The notes under the pieces were generated by a model. That model had not been told where the DNA came from, made no database searches, and saw only the letters and a list, made by a program, of their open reading frames with translations. Positions 19,935 to 30,043 of a DNA stretch of 34,981 nucleotides are shown piece after piece; the first letter of the stretch is position 1; each line of letters starts with the position of its first letter. The stretch is from Chamaesiphon sp. (lineage in GTDB: Bacteria > Cyanobacteriota > Cyanobacteriia > Cyanobacteriales > Chamaesiphonaceae). The position numbers were made by a program, and so were the translations under genes. Location of the stretch: the NCBI GenBank assembly GCA_965246715.1, contig CBDFFH010000018.1, forward strand, positions 1-34,981, given 5' to 3'.

Positions 19935-20177
19935 ATGCAAAAAAACACCAGCGTGACACTAGGGGAACATTTTGAGACTTTTATCGCCAGTCAGGTCGAT
20001 AACGGGCGGTTTGCGTCCGCCAGTGAAGCTATCCGCGCCGGACTCCGGTTGCTCGAAGAACGTGAAATTAAGCTGGCAGCTTTACGACAGGCATTGCAGG
20101 ATGGGGAAAAGAGTGGGCTGGCTGAATACTCCTTGAATGGTTTGCTGGCTGAATTAGATGCGGAACAATCGGTCTGA
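19935..20177 (+). CDS. parD: ParD-family antitoxin
   Basis: TSVTLGEHFETFI..QV..GRFASASEAIRAGLRLLEE. Confidence 0.9.
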   Translation: MQKNTSVTLGEHFETFIASQVDNGRFASASEAIRAGLRLLEEREIKLAALRQALQDGEKSGLAEYSLNGLLAELDAEQSV

Positions 20178-20476
20178 TGGCAAGTTTTCGTCTGACTGAA
20201 CTCGCTCGACAAGATTTAAGGTCGATCGGTCGATATACGCAAGCAAACTGGGGGAGGGAGCAACGGAATATTTACCTCTCTAAAATCGATGCGTCTTTTC
20301 ATTTGCTAGCATCCGATCCAGAGCGCGGTCGAGCGTGTGATGAGATCCGTTCGGGTTATCGGAAATATCGTGTTGGCAGACATGTAATTTTTTATCTGCT
20401 GTCGGCGGCAGGGATCGAAATCATTCGCGTTTTACACGATCGGATGGACTTAGAAGCTCATTTCGATGATGAGTAG
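20177..20476 (+). CDS. parE: ParE-family toxin
   Basis: LTELARQDL..I..YT...WG, HVIFY, IIRVLH.RMD; coupled to parD. Confidence 0.9.
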   Translation: MASFRLTELARQDLRSIGRYTQANWGREQRNIYLSKIDASFHLLASDPERGRACDEIRSGYRKYRVGRHVIFYLLSAAGIEIIRVLHDRMDLEAHFDDE

Positions 20477-20623
20477 TCACTCCAACCAGTTTGCCCGCCC
20501 CGATCGGATCGAGCGAGCGGCGAACTTTAATTTAATGATATTTAAATGGCATCACTAAAATGCTTATTAAAGGTTAATAATGATATATTTAATATGTCAA
20601 AATAATATCTTTTAGAGGTCAGG

Positions 20624-21262
20624 ATGATCCTAGTATGTGGTGGCATCAAAGGTGGGGTCGGCAAAACAACTTTGGCGACCAGTATGGTTGTATTGCGGTC
20701 TGCTGCTGGGCGAGATGTGCTATTGGTCGATGCTGACGACCAAGCAACTGCAACGGATTTTACAGCGGTCAGAAATGAGTCGCTTGCAAGTGCGGGATAT
20801 ACGTCGATTCAGTTACATGGAGCTGCCGTGCGGAATGAGGTTTTAAAACTAGCTCCTAAGTACGACGATATCGTGATTGATGTCGGCGGTCGGGATACGG
20901 CTGGTCAAAGAGCGGCTTTACTCGTCGCCGATGTCTATGTAGTTCCATTTTTACCAGGAAGCTTCGATGTGTGGACGTTAGATAGTGTGGGCACATTAGT
21001 AGAAGAAGCTAAAGCCTTTAATGACAAACTCAAAGCTGTGTGTGTAATCAATCGGGCTGATGCCAAAGGTTCGGACAATCAGGATGCCGCCGAAATTGCT
21101 AGTGAGATTCCAGGGTTGGTTTATCTCGATGCCCCACTCGGAAATCGCAAGGCATTTCGGGCAGCAGCAGCGCAGGGATTGGCTGTAACAGAGATGAAAC
21201 CACAAGATGCTAAAGCGATTTCTGAGCTAAATAAGCTATTTAAACATCTCTTTGACATTTAA
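20624..21262 (+). CDS. parA: Type Ib ParA partition ATPase
   Basis: KGGVGKTT, VDADDQ, VIDVGG; 212 aa with no N-terminal HTH. Confidence 0.9.
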   Translation: MILVCGGIKGGVGKTTLATSMVVLRSAAGRDVLLVDADDQATATDFTAVRNESLASAGYTSIQLHGAAVRNEVLKLAPKYDDIVIDVGGRDTAGQRAALLVADVYVVPFLPGSFDVWTLDSVGTLVEEAKAFNDKLKAVCVINRADAKGSDNQDAAEIASEIPGLVYLDAPLGNRKAFRAAAAQGLAVTEMKPQDAKAISELNKLFKHLFDI

Positions 21263-21292
21263 GTGATGTCATTTAAATGTCAAAGAGATGTT
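21243..21292. promoter_or_regulatory. Perfect 20-bp inverted repeat between parA and its partner; candidate centromere/operator
   Basis: AACATCTCTTTGACATTTAA (21243-21262), 10-nt spacer, TTAAATGTCAAAGAGATGTT (21273-21292). Related AT-rich motifs lie upstream of parA (20527-20612). Confidence 0.55.
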
Positions 21293-21328
21293 ATAGTAAT
21301 GTTATTAAAGGGCTAAAGTAAGGCTAAA

Positions 21329-21610
21329 ATGGCGATTACACGTAAACCAAGATCTACAAGCGCAGAGAATTTTATTGAGAATGGTGGTTCGGCGGCGATC
21401 GGCTCCGATCTCCAACAACAACTTTCTGACTTACCATTGAAAGGTCAGAGAGGACGACCCAAACGAGAGAGAGAAGAAGAGACTGGCGTAAAATTACGCT
21501 TGCCAACCAGTTTATTAGAGAGGATCGATAATTCAGTAGAAAGTCGCAAGCCGATATTAAGTAGGCATCAATGGATACTCGAAGCAATTTATGAAAAGCT
21601 CGATCGGTAG
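21329..21610 (+). CDS. ParG-like ribbon-helix-helix centromere-binding protein
   Basis: Flexible N-terminus (MAITRKP...FI.NG), C-terminal VKLRLP..LLERID...SRHQWILEAI; follows parA. Confidence 0.75.
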   Translation: MAITRKPRSTSAENFIENGGSAAIGSDLQQQLSDLPLKGQRGRPKREREEETGVKLRLPTSLLERIDNSVESRKPILSRHQWILEAIYEKLDR

Positions 21611-21673
21611 TAACAATTTTCAGGAAAACTATTAATAATATAGAATTTTTTATTCGATTTAAGTAAAAATTTT

Positions 21674-22408
21674 ATGATTGTAAATACTTGTATTTCGTTG
21701 CCAGAAGAGTTATTGCAAACAGGAGAAAAACCCTACTTACAAAATTGGGACTCCTTAGATTATTATAAAAAAATACAATTCCGATATAATGCAGCAATCG
21801 CAGGTGCTGGGACTGTTATGCTTGCTGGTGCTGCTTTTCCACCCATAGGTCTAGCCGGAGGTACTGCTACTCTAGCTATGCTCGAATTTTCAATTCGAGT
21901 AGATCGGTTAGTTTCTACTATTGAAAAATTGCTAGATATTGATGGAATCATAGTTACTCCTCGCGTGAGAACTAAAGAAGGAACTATCGATTTGCTAGTC
22001 AAAATGCCAGATAAAAGAACTTTTATTTTTGCGCTTAGATCTAAGAAAGATTCGCGTGTTAAATGGCGAGAAGAGAAACAAGATTTTTTTGCGGTTATGC
22101 CGAGGAAAGGTGGTACGAGAGTAGAAAAATGGTCTAATTTACTCAAGTCCGGTCAGGATTTAAACAAAATGGCACTATCCTTAAAAAAGGAAAAGAGTTA
22201 TTTATTTGGTGCCAGCGGCACCGAGCGAAACTCACCCATTACAAAAGCTATTGTATTAACCAGTAGGACTATCGTAGATCCAAATAACGATCCAGCTCTA
22301 TTTGTTGATTTCGGTCAAACCAAAGCTTTACGAGTTCATGCAGGGTCTTATATGTATGTCGTAGAGCAAAAAGATCTGATAAAGTTTTTAGCTCCGGTGA
22401 AACGGTAG
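21674..22408 (+). CDS. Membrane-anchored protein with NERD/PD-(D/E)xK-like fold, upstream of rep
   Basis: Hydrophobic Gly/Ala-rich N-terminal segment; GTIDLLVKMPDKRTFIFALRSK resembles the NERD core; paralogue of the IS66-split gene. Confidence 0.65.
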   Translation: MIVNTCISLPEELLQTGEKPYLQNWDSLDYYKKIQFRYNAAIAGAGTVMLAGAAFPPIGLAGGTATLAMLEFSIRVDRLVSTIEKLLDIDGIIVTPRVRTKEGTIDLLVKMPDKRTFIFALRSKKDSRVKWREEKQDFFAVMPRKGGTRVEKWSNLLKSGQDLNKMALSLKKEKSYLFGASGTERNSPITKAIVLTSRTIVDPNNDPALFVDFGQTKALRVHAGSYMYVVEQKDLIKFLAPVKR

Positions 22409-22437
22409 CGAAAACGGGGCATAATACAGCAGTACCC

Positions 22438-22555
22438 AAAAACTAAAAACCCTCTTCCGTTGATACGAGAGAGGTTGTTTAGCAGTCCATTAAGCAATTT
22501 AACGACCTTGCGTCACCGGAATCTCTACTTCCGACAACATACAAAATCCAAGTAT
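22438..22555 (-). ncRNA. Candidate counter-transcribed RNA in the leader of the Prim-Pol/DUF927 rep gene
   Basis: Minus-strand TACAAT at 22562-22567; hairpins at 22535-22559, 22517-22533 and ~22448-22476, then a T tract; ends are approximate. Confidence 0.45.
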
Positions 22556-22686
22556 GTTGATATTGTACCCAAAAAAGGGGTGTAATATAAACCCTAACTA
22601 GAGGTTAGTTTTGAAAAACTAGCTTGTAATCAGGGCTTTGGAAGCAAAGATTCTGGTGATTTAGCGAGAAAATCACCGCAATCGCC

Positions 22687-25600
22687 ATGACATACAAAAT
22701 TCAAGATCGTCTCTCTGTCCTCTCCTCTGAATCGATCGATGCCTTAAACGCCCTACCGAAAGAATGGGCAATGACCCCAGTTACGGGTAATAAAATCCCC
22801 TATCTTAAAGACTGGCAGAAAACCCCAGCTACTAATGAGAAGATCGCCCAAGAGCTTGAAAATGGTAAAGCTCTTGGGTTTGGCATCCTCACGGGTAAGC
22901 TATCTAGCGGGATTATGGCGATCGATTGCGATGGTCATGTACCCCATGCTCTCTTTAAGGAGATTTTAGGTGGAGATATTCCCCGTACAGTAGCCTTCAC
23001 ATCTGGTAAGGATGGACGCGCTCAATATCTGTTCGCCATTCCTCAACCACATTGGGCTGACATCAGCACCAAAAAGGTGGGAACGGTCAAAGATGGCGGA
23101 ATGCTGGAATTTCGGTGGGATGGTTGTCAGTCGGTGTTGCCCCCATCGGTACATCCTGAAACTGGATCGTATAAGTGGATTGACTCACCTGACACCACGG
23201 CAATCGCACCACTACCCAAAGCGGTATTGGCATATCTATTAACACCAAAACAGCACCCCGAATCACTACGCCATCAGCCTCAGCCCAAGCCCGTCTCAAC
23301 AACCGGATATATTCCCCCAATTCCGCTCGAACGCTGCCTCAGTAAAGAACATCGAGCAGCCCTCGAAAATGGGGTCAGCCAGGGCAACAGAGACAATACC
23401 GGATGCAGCCTCGCCCGCGACCTGATCGGCGTTGCAAATTACGTTCCCTCGCTCCAATTCGATTACAAGTCCAATTGGTACCAGTTAGCAGTAGACGGAG
23501 ATCCCGAACAATTACTATGGGACTACTGCCAGCGGTGCAGCCCACCGCTTTCTCAAGCCGATTGCGCTCGGATTTACAAATCTGCTCTTGGCTACAATCC
23601 AGCCCCTAGCATTAGTGATGAGGACAGCTTAAAAAATTGTCTCAGAGCTTGGTGCAAAGAACACAAATTAGCGGTTCAAAATAGCTCTAGTAATGGCTCT
23701 AGCAATGGTAATGGCTCTAGTGATGGAGTTCGTGACAAGCCTCAATATTCACAATTTGATAGCAACATCACCGATGGATTATTTAAAAATAATGTCAAAG
23801 TCGATCCAGACACGGGTGAGTTTAAATTGGTGCGAGAGCGGATCGGCAATCATTTAGAAGCGATCGCCTATGTGAATAACCCCAACGGCGACGGTGCCTC
23901 GATTCACATCGAATTTGAGACGATTCGGCACAAGATTAAACGCTGGACGATGCCGCGAGGGACGATTGTGTGTGAAACCTCCCAAATGTTAGCCGAACTG
24001 CAAAATCGGGGTTATTTTTTCGACATTAGCAAGAAAAAGCAGCTAGTCGAATATCTCAATGCCTTGGGTGGCGATGTCGCCACAACTTATACGATTACCG
24101 ATACCACCGGATGGATCGATGGGGCTTATGTGACCCAAAATAAGACGTATAGCCTGAATGGAGATAGCGACCTAAAATTCCGCGATGTCGAGCCAATCGC
24201 CGACTCCATCTCGGAAATCAAAGGGACTTTGGCCGAATGGCAGGACAAAATTGGCTCTCTATGTGCGGGTAATTCCCGCTTAATTTTTGCACTGGGTACG
24301 GGGTTAGCAGCACCCCTGCAACCACTTGTAGATATCGAGTCGGGTGGATTCCACATGGTCGGTACTACTTCCGTCGGCAAGACCACCATGCTCAGGGTGG
24401 GATCTTCAGTAGTAGGGATTAAAGATATCCCCCACTGGCGGACGACCACCAATGGACTCGAATCGATCGCCTGCGCCCACAATCATATGTTGTTACCCCT
24501 CGACGAAATCGGACAAGCCGAATCGAGGGAGGTCGGGGCGATTGCGTATATGTTGGCAAACGGTCAAGGCAAGACCAGAATGACCAAAAATCTCACCAAT
24601 CGTAAGCCCAAGACTTGGCAATTACTATTCTTGTCGTCTGGAGAGTTAGGGATGGGTGCATATATGGCGCAGTCTGGCATCGCCTTAAAAGGCGGTCAAG
24701 AGGTGCGCTTGCCAGATATCCCCGCCGTACCTAGTGGTTCTCCGTTTGGCGCGTTCGAGTCAATTCATAATTTTGAATCGGCCAAACAATTTGCCGAACA
24801 TTTGGATCGGGCGACTCAAACCTATCACGGGACGCTACTGGATGCGTTTTTACCCAAATTAGTTACCGACAGAGCCACGAATCCAGCTTTTGCCAGCACT
24901 CTCAAAAAACAGGTGTACGCGATCGCTCGCAAACTTTCCGAAGGGACGATCGATACTGCTGTGGCGCGGGTTGCTAACCGTTTTGCCTTGGTACAGGTGG
25001 CTTTGGAATTGGCTCACGCTTATGGTTTACTCCCATTTCCAATCGATCATATTAATTGGGCGATCGGTAAAATGTTCCGCGATTGGCTCGATTATCGGGG
25101 TGGCGATGGCTCGATCGAGGTCAAAAATGCTTGCGATCGCATCCGCAATTTATTTGTCACCCAAGAGTATGGCGACCGAATCTACAACCTATCGGACGGC
25201 GATGCCCAATCGGTGCGGAACTTACTCGCATACCGCAAAACTAATGAGGATGGGGAAACTGAAGAGTTTTGGGTACCCACATCGGTTTTCGATCTAGAAA
25301 TTTGTAAGGGTGTCGATAAACCCGCCCTCATTAAGGAGTTACAAAAACGGAGCTGGTTAGCACCGCCACGCAATGACGGTAAGAGTACCCTCCAACGCCG
25401 GATTAAAAAACGACGCAATTACTACTATGTGTTTCAACCTCAAAACATTTTTGGCGAAAATAGCAGTGAGTCAGGTGAGTCAGGTGAGTCAGTAATCTCT
25501 AATCCATTACCAGTATTAAGTACAGCCCCCGATTTACTGACTCACCAGCATAAAAGTAGTGGTGAGTCAGGTGAGTCAGTAAAAGAGTTATTAAATGGGT

Positions 25601-25953
25601 CTGACTCACTCGACTCACCCCGACTCACCAAGGCTGTGAGCCAAAATGGAAACTCTCAAATTCTCACTCAGCCGCCATTTCAAACCTCTGGCTCACTTGA
25701 CTCACCTGACTCACTAGCAAAAATGCCATCTCAAAAAATAGTTGACGATTATCTGTCTCCACCACTCAAAAAGGGCGATAAGGTAATGGTTCAGACCTCA
25801 AAAGCGGTGGGAATAGTGATGGACGATCGCCTCAAAAACTACCGATCGCCAAAAAAAGGAGTTGTGATGGTGAGTCAGTACTTAGTCGAGTTTGAGGAAG
25901 GGGAGCGAAAATGGCTGGATGCAGACATCTTGGTGTTAGACGAGCGAAATTAA
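22687..25953 (+). CDS. Full-length plasmid replication primase-helicase (Prim-Pol/DUF927), 1088 aa
   Basis: Same motifs as the first copy, with an intact ATG start. Confidence 0.88.
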   Translation: MTYKIQDRLSVLSSESIDALNALPKEWAMTPVTGNKIPYLKDWQKTPATNEKIAQELENGKALGFGILTGKLSSGIMAIDCDGHVPHALFKEILGGDIPRTVAFTSGKDGRAQYLFAIPQPHWADISTKKVGTVKDGGMLEFRWDGCQSVLPPSVHPETGSYKWIDSPDTTAIAPLPKAVLAYLLTPKQHPESLRHQPQPKPVSTTGYIPPIPLERCLSKEHRAALENGVSQGNRDNTGCSLARDLIGVANYVPSLQFDYKSNWYQLAVDGDPEQLLWDYCQRCSPPLSQADCARIYKSALGYNPAPSISDEDSLKNCLRAWCKEHKLAVQNSSSNGSSNGNGSSDGVRDKPQYSQFDSNITDGLFKNNVKVDPDTGEFKLVRERIGNHLEAIAYVNNPNGDGASIHIEFETIRHKIKRWTMPRGTIVCETSQMLAELQNRGYFFDISKKKQLVEYLNALGGDVATTYTITDTTGWIDGAYVTQNKTYSLNGDSDLKFRDVEPIADSISEIKGTLAEWQDKIGSLCAGNSRLIFALGTGLAAPLQPLVDIESGGFHMVGTTSVGKTTMLRVGSSVVGIKDIPHWRTTTNGLESIACAHNHMLLPLDEIGQAESREVGAIAYMLANGQGKTRMTKNLTNRKPKTWQLLFLSSGELGMGAYMAQSGIALKGGQEVRLPDIPAVPSGSPFGAFESIHNFESAKQFAEHLDRATQTYHGTLLDAFLPKLVTDRATNPAFASTLKKQVYAIARKLSEGTIDTAVARVANRFALVQVALELAHAYGLLPFPIDHINWAIGKMFRDWLDYRGGDGSIEVKNACDRIRNLFVTQEYGDRIYNLSDGDAQSVRNLLAYRKTNEDGETEEFWVPTSVFDLEICKGVDKPALIKELQKRSWLAPPRNDGKSTLQRRIKKRRNYYYVFQPQNIFGENSSESGESGESVISNPLPVLSTAPDLLTHQHKSSGESGESVKELLNGSDSLDSPRLTKAVSQNGNSQILTQPPFQTSGSLDSPDSLAKMPSQKIVDDYLSPPLKKGDKVMVQTSKAVGIVMDDRLKNYRSPKKGVVMVSQYLVEFEEGERKWLDADILVLDERN

Positions 25954-26118
25954 ATACTGACTCACTTACAAGTGAGTCAGTATCTCAAGCAGGTTTTAGC
26001 GAAGCGGTGACTGAATGAGGCGGACACAAGCAAGTGAGTACCGAAGCTAGTGTTTTCGTCCGCCTCATCAGTCAAAAACATGCCGCCCCGCAGGGTACGA
26101 GTTCATGTTTGAGAAAAC

Positions 26119-27837
26119 CTACATCGATAACCCTCGATCCTGATGTCGTTCCTCGTCCTCGTCCTCTAGTTCGACATAATTCCGCTCGAAAGTGACTGCA
26201 ACCGCAATCGATTCAGACAAAACCTCTAACTCACCAGACTCTTCCAGTTCCATCGCCCCAGCTAAATAAACTTGCAAATCCTCCCCCCAACTCCCAGACT
26301 CAGGTAACTCATACTCCACCTGCCCTGGTAAATTACTCAACTCCGCCCCCGTCGCCACCACCACATCTACCCGCTCCAACTGTTCCCCAGGCATCCATCT
26401 CCCCTCATGCCCCACTAAAAATAACGTATTCCGTTCCTCAGCTTTAAGCGTCGCATAAGCCATCGCCTCCAACACATCCTCTAACACCACCACCAGATCG
26501 ATCGCGCCCTGACGCGGAGCCTGAAAATAACACCACCCCCCTGTCAGCTTCGAGCCATCGATCGTCATCGACTTCCTAATCGACTTAGAATCACTTCCTA
26601 CCTCATCCACCCCCAGATCGATCGCCACAGCCCCCGTTACCCGCTCATCAAAATCCCGATACAGACAAATCAATCTCGCCTCTGCATCCGCATAAATTAA
26701 CCCCTCATCGTGCAATCGTTCGATCAACTTAGTCGGTAACTGTCTAACCCTAGTGAGATTGTCCTTAACCTCACCCCACTTATCACGCTCCGGTCGCGGC
26801 GGGATGAATCCACCAGGAAGCTGCTCTGTGACAAGCTGATGTACCCGTTCGTTAACTAACTGCATCGTAGCGGCGGCTCCAAACCTCTCATTCAACCAAT
26901 AAGCCGCACCAATCAGGTCGGTAGAGCGCGTCTCCATCACCAGATCGATCGGTTTCATCTGCTTATCGAATGCCCCTGGTGCTAGTCTCAACTCACAACC
27001 CACCCGTGCGATTGATATCAGCGGCTCTGGCGTACTTAAAGACCGATTTACTTGAGATTGTACCTTTAACTCCTCCTGAGTCCGTTCGAGCCTCTTTGAG
27101 AGTAAATCTCGTTGGTCGGCTACATATTTCAATCTCCGTTCTAGTTCCTGGTGGTTTTTTTGCATTTGAGCATAAGCCACCGCCCTGGCTTGAACTGCCG
27201 AGAGATCCTTTAAATCTAATTCCTGACTAGCCGAATTTACTACCGAGTAGTAATCCTTAACAGTAGTATGTTCCGCTCGGCTGTTCTTGACCCCCCGTTC
27301 TAATCCCAGATGTTGAGTAGCCGCAGCATAAGAATCCTGAAAAGCAAACATCTTTGCTCTGCCACCAAAAATCTTCTTACAATTAAGTTGACCGTTCTCA
27401 TCAGTTGGGACTAAATAAGCATGGATGTGGGGAGTAGCTTCATCCAAATGTAATTCCGCCCGAACGATCCGGTCGCCATACTCCTGCTGCAACCAGTCCT
27501 GACTAGCCTTCGCCCAAGCATCTAACTTACCCTCTTGGTAATCGCCATACTTGCTAGGATCGTCAGGTCTAAAATATTCAGGACTAGCCGTTAACAGAAT
27601 TTCCACAGCATAGACAGCATCCGGTCTAATCTTCCGTCGCTGTTCGACTGAGTGAATCTTGTTATGAACTACCTCACTCAACGGTAAATTCAGATCGTTA
27701 TTGTGAATTAGGGTCTGGTTATCTTTGAGCTTAGACAGATCGGCATTAGGTGTCTCTCGACTTCTAGAGACGTGCATTCCACTTCCCCCTAGATTGGCTT
27801 GTTTGAGCTTGGCAATTCGAGCGACAGCATAGGGCAT
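26119..27837 (-). CDS. mobV: MOBV relaxase with coiled coil and C-terminal DUF3991/TOPRIM-like region, 572 aa
   Basis: MPYAVARIAKLK N-terminus, H-x-x-R, EILLTASPEYF, HLDEATPHIH; C-terminal RQLPTKLIERLHDEGLIYAD and VVLEDVLEAMAY. Confidence 0.9.
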   Translation of the reverse strand: MPYAVARIAKLKQANLGGSGMHVSRSRETPNADLSKLKDNQTLIHNNDLNLPLSEVVHNKIHSVEQRRKIRPDAVYAVEILLTASPEYFRPDDPSKYGDYQEGKLDAWAKASQDWLQQEYGDRIVRAELHLDEATPHIHAYLVPTDENGQLNCKKIFGGRAKMFAFQDSYAAATQHLGLERGVKNSRAEHTTVKDYYSVVNSASQELDLKDLSAVQARAVAYAQMQKNHQELERRLKYVADQRDLLSKRLERTQEELKVQSQVNRSLSTPEPLISIARVGCELRLAPGAFDKQMKPIDLVMETRSTDLIGAAYWLNERFGAAATMQLVNERVHQLVTEQLPGGFIPPRPERDKWGEVKDNLTRVRQLPTKLIERLHDEGLIYADAEARLICLYRDFDERVTGAVAIDLGVDEVGSDSKSIRKSMTIDGSKLTGGWCYFQAPRQGAIDLVVVLEDVLEAMAYATLKAEERNTLFLVGHEGRWMPGEQLERVDVVVATGAELSNLPGQVEYELPESGSWGEDLQVYLAGAMELEESGELEVLSESIAVAVTFERNYVELEDEDEERHQDRGLSM

Positions 27838-28194
27838 GGGAAAGAGAATCTACAACGTAGCTAGGGTACAGCCCCGCAGGGCGAAGGAAGCCTTTATTTG
27901 AGCGATAGCGTCCCGTAGGGCAAATAAAGGTGTACTGAGTACACTATTAACCAAGGCTACCCACTCTCATCCATGATACCCAACTTACCTGGTATGGTCG
28001 CTACCCTACCGATCGGTTCCAAGTTAGTACTTGCATCCTGGCTACTTACTAGCAATAAATTGAATGAATTGGGTGTGTTAAATCGAATAGATAGATTAAG
28101 TGAATGAGATGGGTAAGCTAACTAAGAGATCGAGCTGATGAGGACATATAACCGATTTCGTTATACTAAATCTATTCTTTAGACTCAATCTCCT

Positions 28195-28650
28195 ATGCCC
28201 AAAACTATCATGATTCCCAAAGCAGCGGTTGATGAGACGATCGCGATGTTTGGTGAGTTACCTGCTAAACAACCATCTGATTACCCGTTCAAAGAAGCCA
28301 TCGAACGCATTCTCCCAGCTATTAATGGCTTGGTGAAAAAGGGCTATAGCCTTGATGAGATTTGTAGTTTACTCGCTCAAAAAGAGATTATCCTCACTAG
28401 TTCGAGACTCAAGCAGTATCTTCGAGATTTTAACAAGTCTCATCCTAAACAATCTCGCAAGCCTCGCCTTCCCATAGTAACCACAGTTCCTGCTCTAAGT
28501 CCGGCAAACACTGAGGATGAATCTCAACCTGAAGTTACTCCTAAACCTAAACCTCAAGCGAGCGATCGGCCTGAAGCTACAACTTCGCCTGAAGTTACTA
28601 CTAAACCCTATAAATCACCTCCTAAACCTGGAGCGGAACAATTTAAATAA
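28195..28650 (+). CDS. Repeat copy of the 151-aa mobilisation-operon protein
   Basis: Identical to 5438..5893. Confidence 0.6.
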   Translation: MPKTIMIPKAAVDETIAMFGELPAKQPSDYPFKEAIERILPAINGLVKKGYSLDEICSLLAQKEIILTSSRLKQYLRDFNKSHPKQSRKPRLPIVTTVPALSPANTEDESQPEVTPKPKPQASDRPEATTSPEVTTKPYKSPPKPGAEQFK

Positions 28651-28662
28651 AAAGGTAGCAAT

Positions 28663-29382
28663 ATGCGGATACATTTGATTGATGGTGAGAAGGGTGGGGT
28701 AGGTAAGTCCTGGTTAGCGTTCGTGATGGCAGAGTATTTGCGGTCTAAGCTAATTCAGTTTTATCTCTATGCCGCAGACCGCAGTAACCCGACTGCTGCT
28801 AGCAGATATAAGGACAAAGAACGGTACGCTGAATTCTATGATGATTCGGTTCATTACACGTTGTTTAGTGAAAATATCAAGAAGATCGACGAGCCAGATG
28901 TGTTGTTAGAGATGGCAATCGAACGACCGATTGTGCTAGATCTCCCCGCTCAGGCATACCATCCCCTGACCGCCTGGATTGAGGAAAAGGATATCTTCGA
29001 GCTGAGTAAAGCTAACCAGATCGAGTGGGTGCGCTGGTTCGTCTGTAATGGTGAGGATGAGTCGATCCAGCTTTTAATTTCTTCAATGGAGTTCTACAAA
29101 CACCAGCAAACGGTATTGGTCAAGAATTGGGGGCTATGTGATAACTGGGACTATTTTGATGGTCATGAAGAGCTACAAGCAACCATTAAAAAGCATCGGA
29201 TAACTGTCATCGATTTTCCTAAGTTAGCTGATAGTAAACGGATTGCGATCAATGCAAAAAGATGGACTTTTGATGAGGCGCGGGAGTTAGGTCAGTTTGG
29301 ATTGGTGGGGAAGAGTGAGATTTATAAATACACGGAAAAGGCTTATCAAGTACTGGCAGCTACCCAACTTTTGGAGGTCTAA
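28663..29382 (+). CDS. Repeat copy of the TraL/MobD-like ATPase
   Basis: Identical to 5906..6625. Confidence 0.75.
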   Translation: MRIHLIDGEKGGVGKSWLAFVMAEYLRSKLIQFYLYAADRSNPTAASRYKDKERYAEFYDDSVHYTLFSENIKKIDEPDVLLEMAIERPIVLDLPAQAYHPLTAWIEEKDIFELSKANQIEWVRWFVCNGEDESIQLLISSMEFYKHQQTVLVKNWGLCDNWDYFDGHEELQATIKKHRITVIDFPKLADSKRIAINAKRWTFDEARELGQFGLVGKSEIYKYTEKAYQVLAATQLLEV

Positions 29383-29385
29383 ATT

Positions 29386-29829
29386 ATGGCTGTTGATTTT
29401 AATGGCTCTAGTAAAAATGCAGAGATGGAGTATATCGATATTCTGTTAGAGGGTAAGTCGAATGAGTTTAAGGGACGGGTGTTAGCTTTTATCCGTAAGT
29501 ATAAGATCGATGCTAACGATCCGACGTTTATGTTGCTGGTAGCGATCGGTGGGTTAGATGTTGCTTTGGTGGATTTACCCCAGGCGGTTGCTAAGGGTCA
29601 ACAGGGGATGTCTGAGGAGATCAAGCGGGTTGAGAGTGAGTTTGGTAAGCTCTGGCGGACTGCTATTGCCGCTCTCAAGGCGGAGATTGAGGCGGTGAAG
29701 AAGGTACACCAGGAACGGGATCTGAGATCTACTACCAACGAATGGGAGTTAAGTCAGAAGATTGCTACCGTTGGGGGAAACGCAGAATTCGGAGAATATT
29801 GCACGTTAAGCCCAGATCTCAATCTCTAA
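29386..29829 (+). pseudogene. Repeat copy of the truncated TraM/DUF6753-like gene
   Basis: Identical to 6629..7072. Confidence 0.6.
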
Positions 29830-30043
29830 GCCACTTTGAGATTATGAGTTCAACAACATGAAAGAGAGTCAAAACCTGTCAGATTGGGGTATACCCTAGC
29901 CTGATGTCAAGCAAAACCTCTTAAAAGTGCCAATTTAGAGTCCTTTCAAGCATTTACTGACATCTTTTATGACAGGTCATGGAGCCTTTTCTGACACCAG
30001 AAATCCTTAGCGTACAGATTTGTCCGAATTCTGCGTTTCCCCC
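29773..30043. mobile_element. Repeat copy of the Tn3-family miniature element
   Basis: Identical to 7016..7286. Confidence 0.9.
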
